From positions 3,136,001-3,200,000 of the forward strand of contig OZ244587.1 in NCBI GenBank assembly GCA_965218095.1: DNA of 64,000 nucleotides. The letters are read 5' to 3'. Positions within the stretch are counted from its first letter, which is position 1. Every line of letters starts with the position of its first letter. Of the stretch, positions 9,179 to 18,632 are shown in pieces. The notes beneath the pieces were generated by a model. That model saw nothing but the letters and a program-made list of their open reading frames with translations, was not told the origin of the DNA and ran no database searches. This DNA is from Candidatus Poribacteria bacterium (GTDB taxonomy: Bacteria > Poribacteria > WGA-4E > PCPOR2b). The position numbers and the translations under genes were made by a program.

Positions 9179-12100
9179 TTATCCCCCAAACTTCGCAGAA
9201 ACAACCTTCGAGACGCCTGCCTGTTCCATCGTCACGCCATACATGACATCAGCGATTTCCATCGTTCGCTTATTGTGGGTGATAATGATAAACTGGGTCT
9301 GTTCGGCGTATTTTCGGATGAGGTTGGTGAAGCGGAGAACGTTCGCCTCATCGAGCGCGGCATCGACTTCATCGAGAACACAGAAGGGGCTCGGTTTAAT
9401 CTTGAACACGGCAAACAGCAGAGCAATGGCAACGAGCGATCGCTCGCCTCCGGAAAGTTGCGTGATGCTCTGCGGTCGCTTTCCCGGCGGGCGGGCGATG
9501 ATTTCGATTCCGGATTCTAATACATCGGAGGGGTCTGTCAGGCGCAATTCTGTCTCTCCGCCGCTAAATAGCTTATCAAACACCTCCTGGAAGTTGGCAC
9601 GAATCTGTTCAAATGCTTGGAGGAACGCCTCGCGTGAGGTCTGGTTAATCCTTTGAATGGCTTGATAGGTTGATTCGAGTGATTTCTGTAGATCTTCATG
9701 TTGTTCCACGAGGAAATCCTCGCGTTTTTTGTGCTCCTGGTACTCCTCAATTGCCATCAGGTTGACGGAACCTATCTCCTCGATCTGGGTTTTCAACGTG
9801 TCGATCTGATTCATCAACTCAAGGTCATCAACGGGATTATCCTCGACTTCGATCTGATCAATCGAGATCTGATACTTGTCAAGGATTCGCGCAGAGATCG
9901 CTTTCAGTTGCATCTGCAATTGCGTTGTCGTCACTTCCAGATGATGCCGCATGCGGTTATGTTTCTCAAACTCCCTTCTCGCTCTGCGTATCAACTTCTG
10001 AGCTTCGTCGATCTGTTGGATTAAGTCCTCACGTTCCTCATCTAACCGTCTGACGCTCTCCTCGGCTTCAAATTTCTGCTGCTCCATCTGGAGGAATTTG
10101 CGCTGGGCTTCGTCGATCTGATTTGAGAGATCTTGTCGCGTCTGGTCGTCAGAATCGATAACCTTCTGGTGCTCGGCGATGCTTTCGCGGATCTGTGCTT
10201 GATTTTTTTGAAGCGTCGAAAGTTCGGAATTCAGACTCTGTAATTTTTCGCGTTTCCCTGCCAAAGCAATCTCGAGTGCTTGACAGGATTCGGTGACTTC
10301 GTCGCGTTTATTCCTTTCGCTCTGAATCTGCTCTGACAACCGTTCGATGCGTCGTTGTAATGTACGGCGTGTCTTGATTCCCTCCGCCAATTCGGCTTGA
10401 AGTGTGTCATAATCCGCTTTCACCTTTTTCGTCTCCTGATGCAGATTTTCTCCTTCTTTCTCCACACTGTTCAATTGCCCTTCAAGCTGGGTGATTTGCC
10501 GCTGCCCCTGTTCCAGGTCTTTTGACAAACCCGTATACTCAATCTGATGCGCTTGCCCCTGCGTGATGAGGGTTTGGCGCGTTTGCTGGAGTTGCGCTAA
10601 CTTTCCAGCAAGTTCTCTGCTTCTGGCGTCCTTTTGGTTGAGCTTTCGCGTCAGTTGATTGATGCGTTTCTGCAGATCTTCCAGCTCTCTTGAGCGGCTG
10701 AGGAGTCCACTGGTTTGATGCCTGCTATGCCCACCTGTAACTGCCCCTGAAGTGTTGATTAATTCCCCATCCAGCGTGACGAGGCGTGCGTTGTGACGGA
10801 AGCGCCGCGTCAATTGTATCGCTGTCTCAAGCTCTTCAACAACAACCGTATTCCCAAGCAATTGCTGAACCGCAACCTCGTATTTTGGATCGTAGTCCAA
10901 AAGTTTCGATGCCAAACCGATCACGCTGGCTTGATCAAGCAGGTTGTCATCACGGAATGGGCGGGTCCGCAGAATATCCAGCGGTAAGAACGTCACTCGC
11001 CCGGCTTTCGTCCGCTTGAGAAACTCGATTCCGGCCTGGGCATCTTCAGCGGTTTCCGTGACGACGTTTTGGATCGCGCTGCCCAAGGCCACTTCGATTG
11101 CTAACTCGTAGTCCGGGTCTGTGCGGATAAGCTCGGCGATGACGCCACAAATCCCGCTGAATCGATCCGGCTCCATTTCCCGGACTTTCAGGATGGCGCG
11201 GACACCGGTGTAATACCCTTCATGAGCGGCTTGCAGTTCCTGTAACGACTTGAGACGTGACACGCTCATCCCTAGCGAATCCTGCATCCCACGCATTTCG
11301 GACTCCAACTTGCGAAGCTCCGCTTGACGGCGCTGGATTTCTTCTTCCGTTTTCCGCTGTTCTGTCTCAAGGCGAAGCAGGTCGGCATTAAGCTGTTGTT
11401 CACGTCTTTTCGCCTTTCGATAATCTGCTTTCGCCCCTTCCAGTTCAGCACCCAAGACTTTCGAGCGTTCTTTAATTTGATTCAGGTTGACAGCCGAATA
11501 CTCCAGCTTGTTGTCGAGCGACGCAAGCCGCGCTTCCAATTGTGAGATGTCGTTCGTGGTTTCGAGCAATTGTGACCGGCTTGTTTCCACAGATTGTTCG
11601 GCTTCAGCCACCCGTGTGGTGAGATCAGTCAAAACCCGTCGTCGCGCGCTCAGACGGCTTTCTTCCAGCTTGAGTGCGACATCAACCTGTCTGCGTTCCC
11701 GCTCGCGCGCCTTCTTTTGCGCTTCAAGTTCTGCACCCTGTTTGTCCAATGATTTAATCGCCTGAATTGCCCGTTGGCGCTGCTGCTGAATATTTAACTG
11801 TCGTTCCTTGCAAAGCGCGATCTGCCGTTCCGTTTTCTCGATTTCACCTGCGAATTGACCCACAACCGCTTGACCGTCGCGGATTAAGTTATCTAACTCC
11901 GATCGGCGCCCTGTTGCCTCTTCAATCTGCTGTTCAGTTGATTGGATTCCTTCGTTTGCTTCTGCCACCGCGAGCATCAGTTCATCTAAGCTGAGTTGCG
12001 TCTGGGTCAAATCCCTGGCAAACCGTTCGTGCTCCCGGCGATTGAGATCTAATTCGAGGTCTTTCAGTTGGTTGTGGAGTTGTTGATAGCGTTCAGCTTG

Positions 12101-12730
12101 TTCGGCTTGCCGCTTGAGCGATTGGGTTTCTCGCTGCAATTCGTAGATGACATCGTTGATCCGCACCAAGTTCTGCTCAGTTTCTTCCAATTTTTTGATC
12201 GCGGCTTTTTTGCGGTGCTTGTATTTGGTGATGCCTGCGACCTCGTCAAACAGGAAGCGGCGTTCCTCTGGACGGGTATTGAGGATGAGGTCAATCTTGC
12301 TTTGCTCCATCACGGAGTAGGCATCGACGCCGATCCCCGTATCCATAAAGAGCTCCGTAATATCTCGCAGCAAACAAGGCGTCTGGTTGATGAAGTATTC
12401 ACTTTCGCCGCTGCGTGTCAATTGACGTCGAACCTCAATCTCTGAAGATTCAAGCGCCAGTTTCCCTTCGGTGTTGGTGAAATGGAGGGAAGCCTGTGCC
12501 TTTTGTGCTGGCTTGAAATTGGATCCGCCGTTGAAAAGGAGGTCTTGCATATTGGCACAACGCAGCGCACGGGCGCTCTGTTGGCCCAAGACCCAGCGGA
12601 TGGCGTCGGACACATTGCTCTTGCCGCAACCGTTCGGGCCTACAATGGCGGTGACTTCCGGCTCCAGTATTAACTCCACATCTTCAGCGAAGCTCTTAAA
12701 ACCACTGATTTTGATTTGATTGAGATGCAA
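9179..12730 (-). CDS. smc: Chromosome segregation protein SMC
   Basis: [14 protein letters not shown], coiled coils, hinge [22 protein letters not shown]; likely TTG start at 12730 after AAGGAGG. Confidence 0.97.
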   Translation of the reverse strand: MHLNQIKISGFKSFAEDVELILEPEVTAIVGPNGCGKSNVSDAIRWVLGQQSARALRCANMQDLLFNGGSNFKPAQKAQASLHFTNTEGKLALESSEIEVRRQLTRSGESEYFINQTPCLLRDITELFMDTGIGVDAYSVMEQSKIDLILNTRPEERRFLFDEVAGITKYKHRKKAAIKKLEETEQNLVRINDVIYELQRETQSLKRQAEQAERYQQLHNQLKDLELDLNRREHERFARDLTQTQLSLDELMLAVAEANEGIQSTEQQIEEATGRRSELDNLIRDGQAVVGQFAGEIEKTERQIALCKERQLNIQQQRQRAIQAIKSLDKQGAELEAQKKARERERRQVDVALKLEESRLSARRRVLTDLTTRVAEAEQSVETSRSQLLETTNDISQLEARLASLDNKLEYSAVNLNQIKERSKVLGAELEGAKADYRKAKRREQQLNADLLRLETEQRKTEEEIQRRQAELRKLESEMRGMQDSLGMSVSRLKSLQELQAAHEGYYTGVRAILKVREMEPDRFSGICGVIAELIRTDPDYELAIEVALGSAIQNVVTETAEDAQAGIEFLKRTKAGRVTFLPLDILRTRPFRDDNLLDQASVIGLASKLLDYDPKYEVAVQQLLGNTVVVEELETAIQLTRRFRHNARLVTLDGELINTSGAVTGGHSRHQTSGLLSRSRELEDLQKRINQLTRKLNQKDARSRELAGKLAQLQQTRQTLITQGQAHQIEYTGLSKDLEQGQRQITQLEGQLNSVEKEGENLHQETKKVKADYDTLQAELAEGIKTRRTLQRRIERLSEQIQSERNKRDEVTESCQALEIALAGKREKLQSLNSELSTLQKNQAQIRESIAEHQKVIDSDDQTRQDLSNQIDEAQRKFLQMEQQKFEAEESVRRLDEEREDLIQQIDEAQKLIRRARREFEKHNRMRHHLEVTTTQLQMQLKAISARILDKYQISIDQIEVEDNPVDDLELMNQIDTLKTQIEEIGSVNLMAIEEYQEHKKREDFLVEQHEDLQKSLESTYQAIQRINQTSREAFLQAFEQIRANFQEVFDKLFSGGETELRLTDPSDVLESGIEIIARPPGKRPQSITQLSGGERSLVAIALLFAVFKIKPSPFCVLDEVDAALDEANVLRFTNLIRKYAEQTQFIIITHNKRTMEIADVMYGVTMEQAGVSKVVSAKFGG

Positions 12731-12989
12731 CGGATTTCCTCCTTCAATGGACAATTCGCAAGTTACACTTCCATTAACGTCGATTAAGCGATGTCCGTTT
12801 CGATGTCTCGTTAGAAAAGTCCGTTGCAGTTATGATAAACTTAACATTAAATGCAGCGCATTTGTATTCAGGAACCGCACTATAAACAGACGGAAAGTTA
12901 TTCCTGCGTTTCTGCTTCTGATCTTGCCCGCATCCTGAAACCCAAATTCTATGGCGCTAACGTTGATTGCGTTCTGCGTATCATGCGTT

Positions 12990-13170
12990 CAATGTGTGCG
13001 TTGGCATTGGCGTACATTTTTAATCTTGCGAAAAATGCCAACCCCATCGTCATAAATGTGTGTCTCTATGTGAGCCACGCTGCAATTGATGATGATGCCT
13101 GCGTTTTCGCCCCCTGAATGAATCTTCCACGTTGTTCAGCATTTCCGTGACCCCATAATGACAGATGGCT
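12990..13170 (-). pseudogene. HATPase fragment (DUF4325/STAS-associated type)
   Basis: Minus strand reads ICHYGVTEMLNNVED, then a frameshift to HSGGE...IYDDGVGIFRKI (N-box and G1-box); not in the ORF track. Confidence 0.6.
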
Positions 13171-13214
13171 ATGATGTTCGGCGGCGCGATATGTTTCACG
13201 CACCCGTTCCAAGT

Positions 13215-14159
13215 TTAATACCCCTTCCGCTTATCGACCACGCTTAACAGCGGCTTACCTGCCAACAACCGTTCGAGGCTTTCACAGAATAGCTCAACCG
13301 TCCGGCCCAGCCGAATCGGGGACCCACCCGCCACATGCGGCGTAATGATAACCCTGGGCATATCCCAAAGTGGACTATCCAGCGGCAGCGGCTCCTCTGG
13401 CGTCACATCGAGTCCTGCCCCACCAATCAGCCCCTCGTTCAAAGCGCGGAGGAGACTTGGCCCATCGACAATCCTGCCGCGTGTCACGTTAATGAGCAGC
13501 GCATGGCGTTTCATCTGCTGGAATGCTTCGCCATTAAACATACCGCGTGTTTCCTGTGTCAAAGGAGCGCAGATCGACACGATGTCCGATTCAGCAAGAA
13601 GATCATAGAACCGATCCATTTTCCAAACTTCGTGGACAAACAGTGGCGCGTCCACATCCTCCGGATCGACAGCAATCACGCGCATCTCAAACCCCTGTGC
13701 GCGTTTGGCGACCTCAACGCCTGTGCCGCCAAGCCCGACGATTCCGAGCGTGCATCCTTCGAGTTCCCACGTTTCTCCGCGAATGGACATCCGGTTTTCC
13801 CATGTGCGTTCACGGACAGCGCGACCAATCCCGCGTAGTAAACCGAGAATCAATGCCCATGTCTGATCTGCTAGGTGCGGACCAACAAACCCTTTTGCGC
13901 TTGTCAGAATAATATCGCTTTCAACAAACTCAGAGAAAAGCACGCCATCAACGCCAGCCCCAAGCACCTGTACCCACTTGAGTTGTTTGGCATTGTCGAA
14001 AAGGGCTCGGTTGAATCCGCCGAAGATCGCGTCCGTGTCTACGACCTCTTTGAGCCGCTCTTCCTCGTTTTTCGGCTGAACGATTTGAATCTCGTCGGAA
14101 ACCAGTTGAATGCGTTGTACATGTTCCGGCCTAACTTCAGCGTTAATCATGACTTTCAT
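13215..14159 (-). CDS. D-2-hydroxyacid dehydrogenase
   Basis: GIVGLGGTG, LINVTRG, AGLDVTPEEPLP, ITPHVAG. Confidence 0.92.
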   Translation of the reverse strand: MKVMINAEVRPEHVQRIQLVSDEIQIVQPKNEEERLKEVVDTDAIFGGFNRALFDNAKQLKWVQVLGAGVDGVLFSEFVESDIILTSAKGFVGPHLADQTWALILGLLRGIGRAVRERTWENRMSIRGETWELEGCTLGIVGLGGTGVEVAKRAQGFEMRVIAVDPEDVDAPLFVHEVWKMDRFYDLLAESDIVSICAPLTQETRGMFNGEAFQQMKRHALLINVTRGRIVDGPSLLRALNEGLIGGAGLDVTPEEPLPLDSPLWDMPRVIITPHVAGGSPIRLGRTVELFCESLERLLAGKPLLSVVDKRKGY

Positions 14160-14226
14160 CTGTCAATCTCCCGTGTGGTTTTGGAGTTGTCCTTACAGAT
14201 TTCAGACAATTTCAGGTTTAAAATAT

Positions 14227-14390
14227 GAGCCGGTTGAAACTTTTCACGCTAGTAAATGGCGTAGGTTAATCATAGCAAAAGCAATACAATGGAAGCCGAA
14301 TGAAGCTACGTTTGGCTGTCGACAGATGGGGCAATACGTGAGATTCGAACTATTGTTGCTTTTGCATCTGTTAAAAGTTTCAACCGGCTT
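14227..14390. mobile_element. MITE-like element, IS5-related ends
   Basis: Perfect 17-bp IR AGCCGGTTGAAACTTTT (14228-14244) / AAAAGTTTCAACCGGCT (14373-14389), TAT on both sides; same end recurs at about 26744-26760 next to a transposase remnant. Confidence 0.75.
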
Positions 14391-14500
14391 TATATCATTT
14401 CGTTCGTGTCAATCGGAGATGTGTGAGAGTGGTTTGCGGGTGGCTTTTGGGGCAGGCGGCAACCGTTCCCAATCGTCGCCTGTCCGCGCTCGGCTAAGAC

Positions 14501-14884
14501 CTAGTTCAGTTTCTGACGAAGTTGGAGAATCTCCGAGTTGGTCAACAGTTCTACCCATTCCAACACCGCTTTTAGGTCTGGTTTTCTCACCATTGAGACT
14601 GCCCTCCCCTCTTTCTCAAGAGAACCTTGTTGGGTGGAGGGTGCGCATAATATAGCATCTGACCCAATTCTTGTCGATCTTGAAATGACGCGGATCGCGG
14701 CGAGATGCGTTTTTACACCTGACACCGCCGCAAAAATTCCGCCACTTCCTCCCGGCGATACAGCACCTTCCCCCGCCGCACCCCGTACCGGAATCCGATA
14801 CCGCTTCAACCGACCCTGGCGCGTCAGCCGGTGCAAGGTCCTCTCCAAAATCCGTGCATAGCCACACACCTCTTTTCGGGTCAT
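14501..14884 (-). pseudogene. Excisionase-like helix-turn-helix protein remnant
   Basis: MTRKEVCGYARILERTLHRLTRQGRLKRYRI resembles HTH_17; downstream sequence degenerate. Confidence 0.55.
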
Positions 14885-15064
14885 TCATTGGTCGTGCCTG
14901 TTGTCCATGCCGTTTCCCTCCATTTGAATCCGTTGGTCGCCCCCCTGAGTCTGTCGTTCCGTTGACATCCCTGACGCTTGACAAAGACGGACGAAATGGT
15001 ATGCTAGGGTTATGACACCGTTGGGTCTTCCTCGGCAGGAATTCATCAACCCTAACGAGTCTTC

Positions 15065-18000
15065 TTAATCAAACCTCAGTTGCTCTGTGACCTTGCGAAG
15101 AACCTCGTTTATCTGTTCCAACACCTCATCCGATGGGGGTTCGCCTTCAGCGGTAATTGAGATCCGAAATTTGAAATCAAGCTCAGGCGCGATTTCAAAC
15201 AAATCACCAATCGTTCCAGTCAAATCCTGAATTTCGGTTTCTGTGAGGTTCGATTCAGCGTGGCCTATCCACGGTGGCTGCTTCACACGAACTTGGTAAA
15301 GGTCGTCGGTTAACGGATCTACCAAAGTGATTATTTCATGGTCAACCGCTTTTTGGACAGCGTTGCGAAACACATCATCAGGGATAGATATCCCTTTCTT
15401 GGATTCAAGCTTCTCTTTAATCAATCTGAGTGTAGGCTGTCCGGATCCTCCAAACGATTGTTTCATCACTTCTGTGAAATCGGTGGACTCTATCGCCACA
15501 GGGGTTTGTGAAACTTGTAAACCAATTTTATCGGCATCGTCAACGGTCCATGGTTGCATGGGGCTTCCCTTGGTGATTTCAAAGAGATTCTTAGACAAAC
15601 CATCGTTGATAGCATCAACAATCAACCCCCACGGAATCGGCATACCTTTACTAGCGGCTAATGCGCCCATCACCTTACCGACAGATGAAGTTTCCCCCTC
15701 CCACGCTTCAGGCAGGGTGTTCTGACTAAGTTCTGCACCGCTGATGGGTTGCAGTGGGGCGAGTAGCTCCAAATCATCGTTTAGCTCCGCGTCAGGAATG
15801 GCTTCCTTACAATAAGCTCTGTTTTGGCGGCGTGCCATCAGTAAACCCAACTGAATTGTAGATTTGACCGCATCAAACAGAATCTCGCCGGACGCGAGTT
15901 TGGGAACGTCATCCCCTCCGAAGAATTCCCGGATTGCACCCACTGTAATCGAAGCATTATTGCTCTGCCACAAGCCCGGTAATTGATCCGGACGCAATAA
16001 CTCAGGACTGAGATTGTGAAGTTCTGCGTACTCAATCGGAACAATTTCTAAATCTTTTTTCAAGAGATCTTCATCAGGCGGTGATTCACGCCAGTATGTA
16101 TACTGAGAACCATCTGGACGAACAGCGCGTAGAACAATCCGTCCTTCCCTAACGCCGCGCTGAAGCGTTTCAACAAACACTCCCCGTCCCAACAATCGGG
16201 GCAGCCGAGGAAGGTTGGCAAACATGCCATACAACCCTTGGACAGGCTTTGAGGTTTCATCTGCTCTCCACAGTCCAAGGTAGCTGTCTGGCGTTAATAG
16301 GTCCGGATCGAGCGAAGTTGTCAACAAACGTTCCTCTTTCACCAAAAAGGTCTTCACCCGTTCAAAAGGTGATTCTGGACTCCGGGTGATTCTGGACTCC
16401 GGTGGTAACGAACGTGCTTTAATTTCGCCTTCTTCGTCAGCCGCAATCAGAACGCTATATGTCAATGTCACGGAATCCGCAATCCCGGCCTCATCATCCC
16501 GCTTGCGCTGTATCAGCGCGGCTTGCTGAGTTGGGTTCAAAAGGTTTATCTCATCGCCGCTTTCGATACCCTGCCAACCGAGAATTTTATGAATTCGCGA
16601 GCGCAGCCCGGCCAATCGTACGTTATCAGGGGCAAGTATGATGACGTTGTTACGGTAGGTTCTATTGAAAAACGCTTTTAGGGACGTGGAAATGTCCTCA
16701 CCCGGCACTGCGGGATACTCTGGACCAACAATCACAAAGTGGAGTTCGGGATTATTAGGAATATCGGCGGGTGAATCGGGTAACGCGTGAACAACCACAT
16801 CATCGGTGTTCTGACCGAGTCTGGCATCTCTGATTCGCCTTACCAAATCGTCATTGATCCGGTCTTCCGTCAATCTACCCATTGCCCGAACGTGCATCCT
16901 GGTGAGATTGGGTGTTGTCCCCAGGTTCCAACTATTCTCGTCCTCTTTGAGAAACCAGGAGACCTCTCGCCACTTGGAAAGTCCGTCCTCCAGCGAAATT
17001 TTATCGATATCTGGATGTGCAAGTAAGGAGTAAAGATCTGTCAGGTCCGCTTTCTGCCCAAGCGGTTGTGAGTGCAGAAAGGTGGAAAGCACCGCCCCTT
17101 CAATTTCTCGGCATTTGAGTCGTGGATAATTTTTCTGAATGTCGCGGGCTCTTTCGAGTTCGCCACTGAGAATCGGGGTCCACTGATTCCCCTCTTCACA
17201 CGCTTCAATGAGTTCTCGAATCGCTTCTGAAAGTTCGCCATCGGTTCCAAGTAGCGCACTCGGCCCGACAAACGGAGACGGGTCTTTCCCGTCCGATGCT
17301 TTCAGGGCGGTTGCAAACATCCGAAGTACCCCGCGGGTCCGTTGGAATTCACTTAGTTGCGTCCATTTCTGATAGAAAACCTCGAGCAGGTCCGGGTGAA
17401 ATGGATAAGATTTTAAGAGTCGCTCGTATGCATTGGCATCCCTCTGTGAATCCCTAAGTGGTAGCTTTTGCATCGCTCCGATGAGACGGTCTACAACGGC
17501 ACAACGTGTGTCGTCATCCGCGACAGATTCAAACAACCGCCGCCTAAGCAATTCCGACACGTCTTCCCGCGAAACAGGTTCAACCGTTTCTTCCATACGA
17601 CGGAAGACACCCTCCATCGCGCCTAAGACCTCAACGCCGGTTGGATCGTTTGAGAGGATATCGGACGTAATGAGGCTGGCAACCATTGCTGCGCGCTCGA
17701 CCTTGCTAACCGCCTGCGTGAGCATTTGGAAAAAATCCCTAAGAATTCCCAATCGGCTCGGCTCATCATTGACCGCGCCGCACATATAGATGAGGGCTTC
17801 ATCAATCAAGATAAGAGTGGACAACCCCGCGGCTTGTGGTGCTTTCAAGAGTTCAACAAGGAGGGGTTCAGCAGGGGTGATATAATCGGCTTCATGCGCG
17901 GCGACCTTTGCGAGTCCTTCATCTCCCGCCAGTTGGTACGCCAACGCGCCCCACGGCGTTTTGACCTGTCGCGCCTTACCATCAGGAGCTACTACCGAAA

Positions 18001-18424
18001 GCCCTGCTTTCACGTCGAATTTGTCGAACGGTAGCAGGGCAACTCTCGCCTGTGTCAATGCGTCCAACCCACTGAATCTCATAAACTCCTGCACGGTTGA
18101 ATGCGCTTTCAGTTTATCGCCACCTTCAGCCAAATGTAACAGCGCAATCAAAGCGTGGGTTTTCCCTCCACCGTAAGCCACTTGTACCCGAATCACGGGC
18201 TTTCCACCATGCCTAGATAACCGCTGAAACACGTCTCGCACCAGTGTTTTCAGATTGTCGGTGGGATAGGTGCGGTCGAAGAACAGATCGGGCAATTGAT
18301 AAACGTTCCGTGCGTCACCTGTTCGCACCGCGTAGAGATCCGCCGCAAATTCTGCAAGTGTGAGCGTGCCTTGACGAACATCGTCTCTCAATACACAATT
18401 TTCATGCCATGCGATTTTGTCCAT
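15065..18424 (-). CDS. DUF499 family AAA+ ATPase (restriction-like/BREX-related defence)
   Basis: EFAADL, FFDRTYPT, Walker A AYGGGKTH, Walker B LILIDE, SYPFHP, FQRTRGVLR. Confidence 0.9.
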   Translation of the reverse strand: MDKIAWHENCVLRDDVRQGTLTLAEFAADLYAVRTGDARNVYQLPDLFFDRTYPTDNLKTLVRDVFQRLSRHGGKPVIRVQVAYGGGKTHALIALLHLAEGGDKLKAHSTVQEFMRFSGLDALTQARVALLPFDKFDVKAGLSVVAPDGKARQVKTPWGALAYQLAGDEGLAKVAAHEADYITPAEPLLVELLKAPQAAGLSTLILIDEALIYMCGAVNDEPSRLGILRDFFQMLTQAVSKVERAAMVASLITSDILSNDPTGVEVLGAMEGVFRRMEETVEPVSREDVSELLRRRLFESVADDDTRCAVVDRLIGAMQKLPLRDSQRDANAYERLLKSYPFHPDLLEVFYQKWTQLSEFQRTRGVLRMFATALKASDGKDPSPFVGPSALLGTDGELSEAIRELIEACEEGNQWTPILSGELERARDIQKNYPRLKCREIEGAVLSTFLHSQPLGQKADLTDLYSLLAHPDIDKISLEDGLSKWREVSWFLKEDENSWNLGTTPNLTRMHVRAMGRLTEDRINDDLVRRIRDARLGQNTDDVVVHALPDSPADIPNNPELHFVIVGPEYPAVPGEDISTSLKAFFNRTYRNNVIILAPDNVRLAGLRSRIHKILGWQGIESGDEINLLNPTQQAALIQRKRDDEAGIADSVTLTYSVLIAADEEGEIKARSLPPESRITRSPESPFERVKTFLVKEERLLTTSLDPDLLTPDSYLGLWRADETSKPVQGLYGMFANLPRLPRLLGRGVFVETLQRGVREGRIVLRAVRPDGSQYTYWRESPPDEDLLKKDLEIVPIEYAELHNLSPELLRPDQLPGLWQSNNASITVGAIREFFGGDDVPKLASGEILFDAVKSTIQLGLLMARRQNRAYCKEAIPDAELNDDLELLAPLQPISGAELSQNTLPEAWEGETSSVGKVMGALAASKGMPIPWGLIVDAINDGLSKNLFEITKGSPMQPWTVDDADKIGLQVSQTPVAIESTDFTEVMKQSFGGSGQPTLRLIKEKLESKKGISIPDDVFRNAVQKAVDHEIITLVDPLTDDLYQVRVKQPPWIGHAESNLTETEIQDLTGTIGDLFEIAPELDFKFRISITAEGEPPSDEVLEQINEVLRKVTEQLRFD

Positions 18425-18632
18425 GTGCTACCTCCTCTTCCAAATCTTTAAGTATCTGTGGGATGATAGGATTGGAAAGAATGTAGGGGTAGGTCTTGTA
18501 CCTACCCTTCCAACTGTCCGCGTGGAAATCACCCCGTGCGTTTGAACCCAAGATTCCTTTAACCTCGGCTCTGTATTCCGGGCGAATTTCATCTTTCGTT
18601 TCTACTATTGTTTTTTGAATCTCTGTAATCAT
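18402..18632 (-). pseudogene. MNT-type nucleotidyltransferase (antitoxin) stub
   Basis: EVKGILGSNARGDFHADS resembles FGSxARGxxxxxSDxD but the catalytic DxD is lost. Confidence 0.55.

Noticed and set aside
9179-12730. SMC as part of a Wadjet-like defence system
   Set aside because: Canonical full-length SMC with hinge, no jetA/B/D neighbours, and separated from the defence operon by other genes
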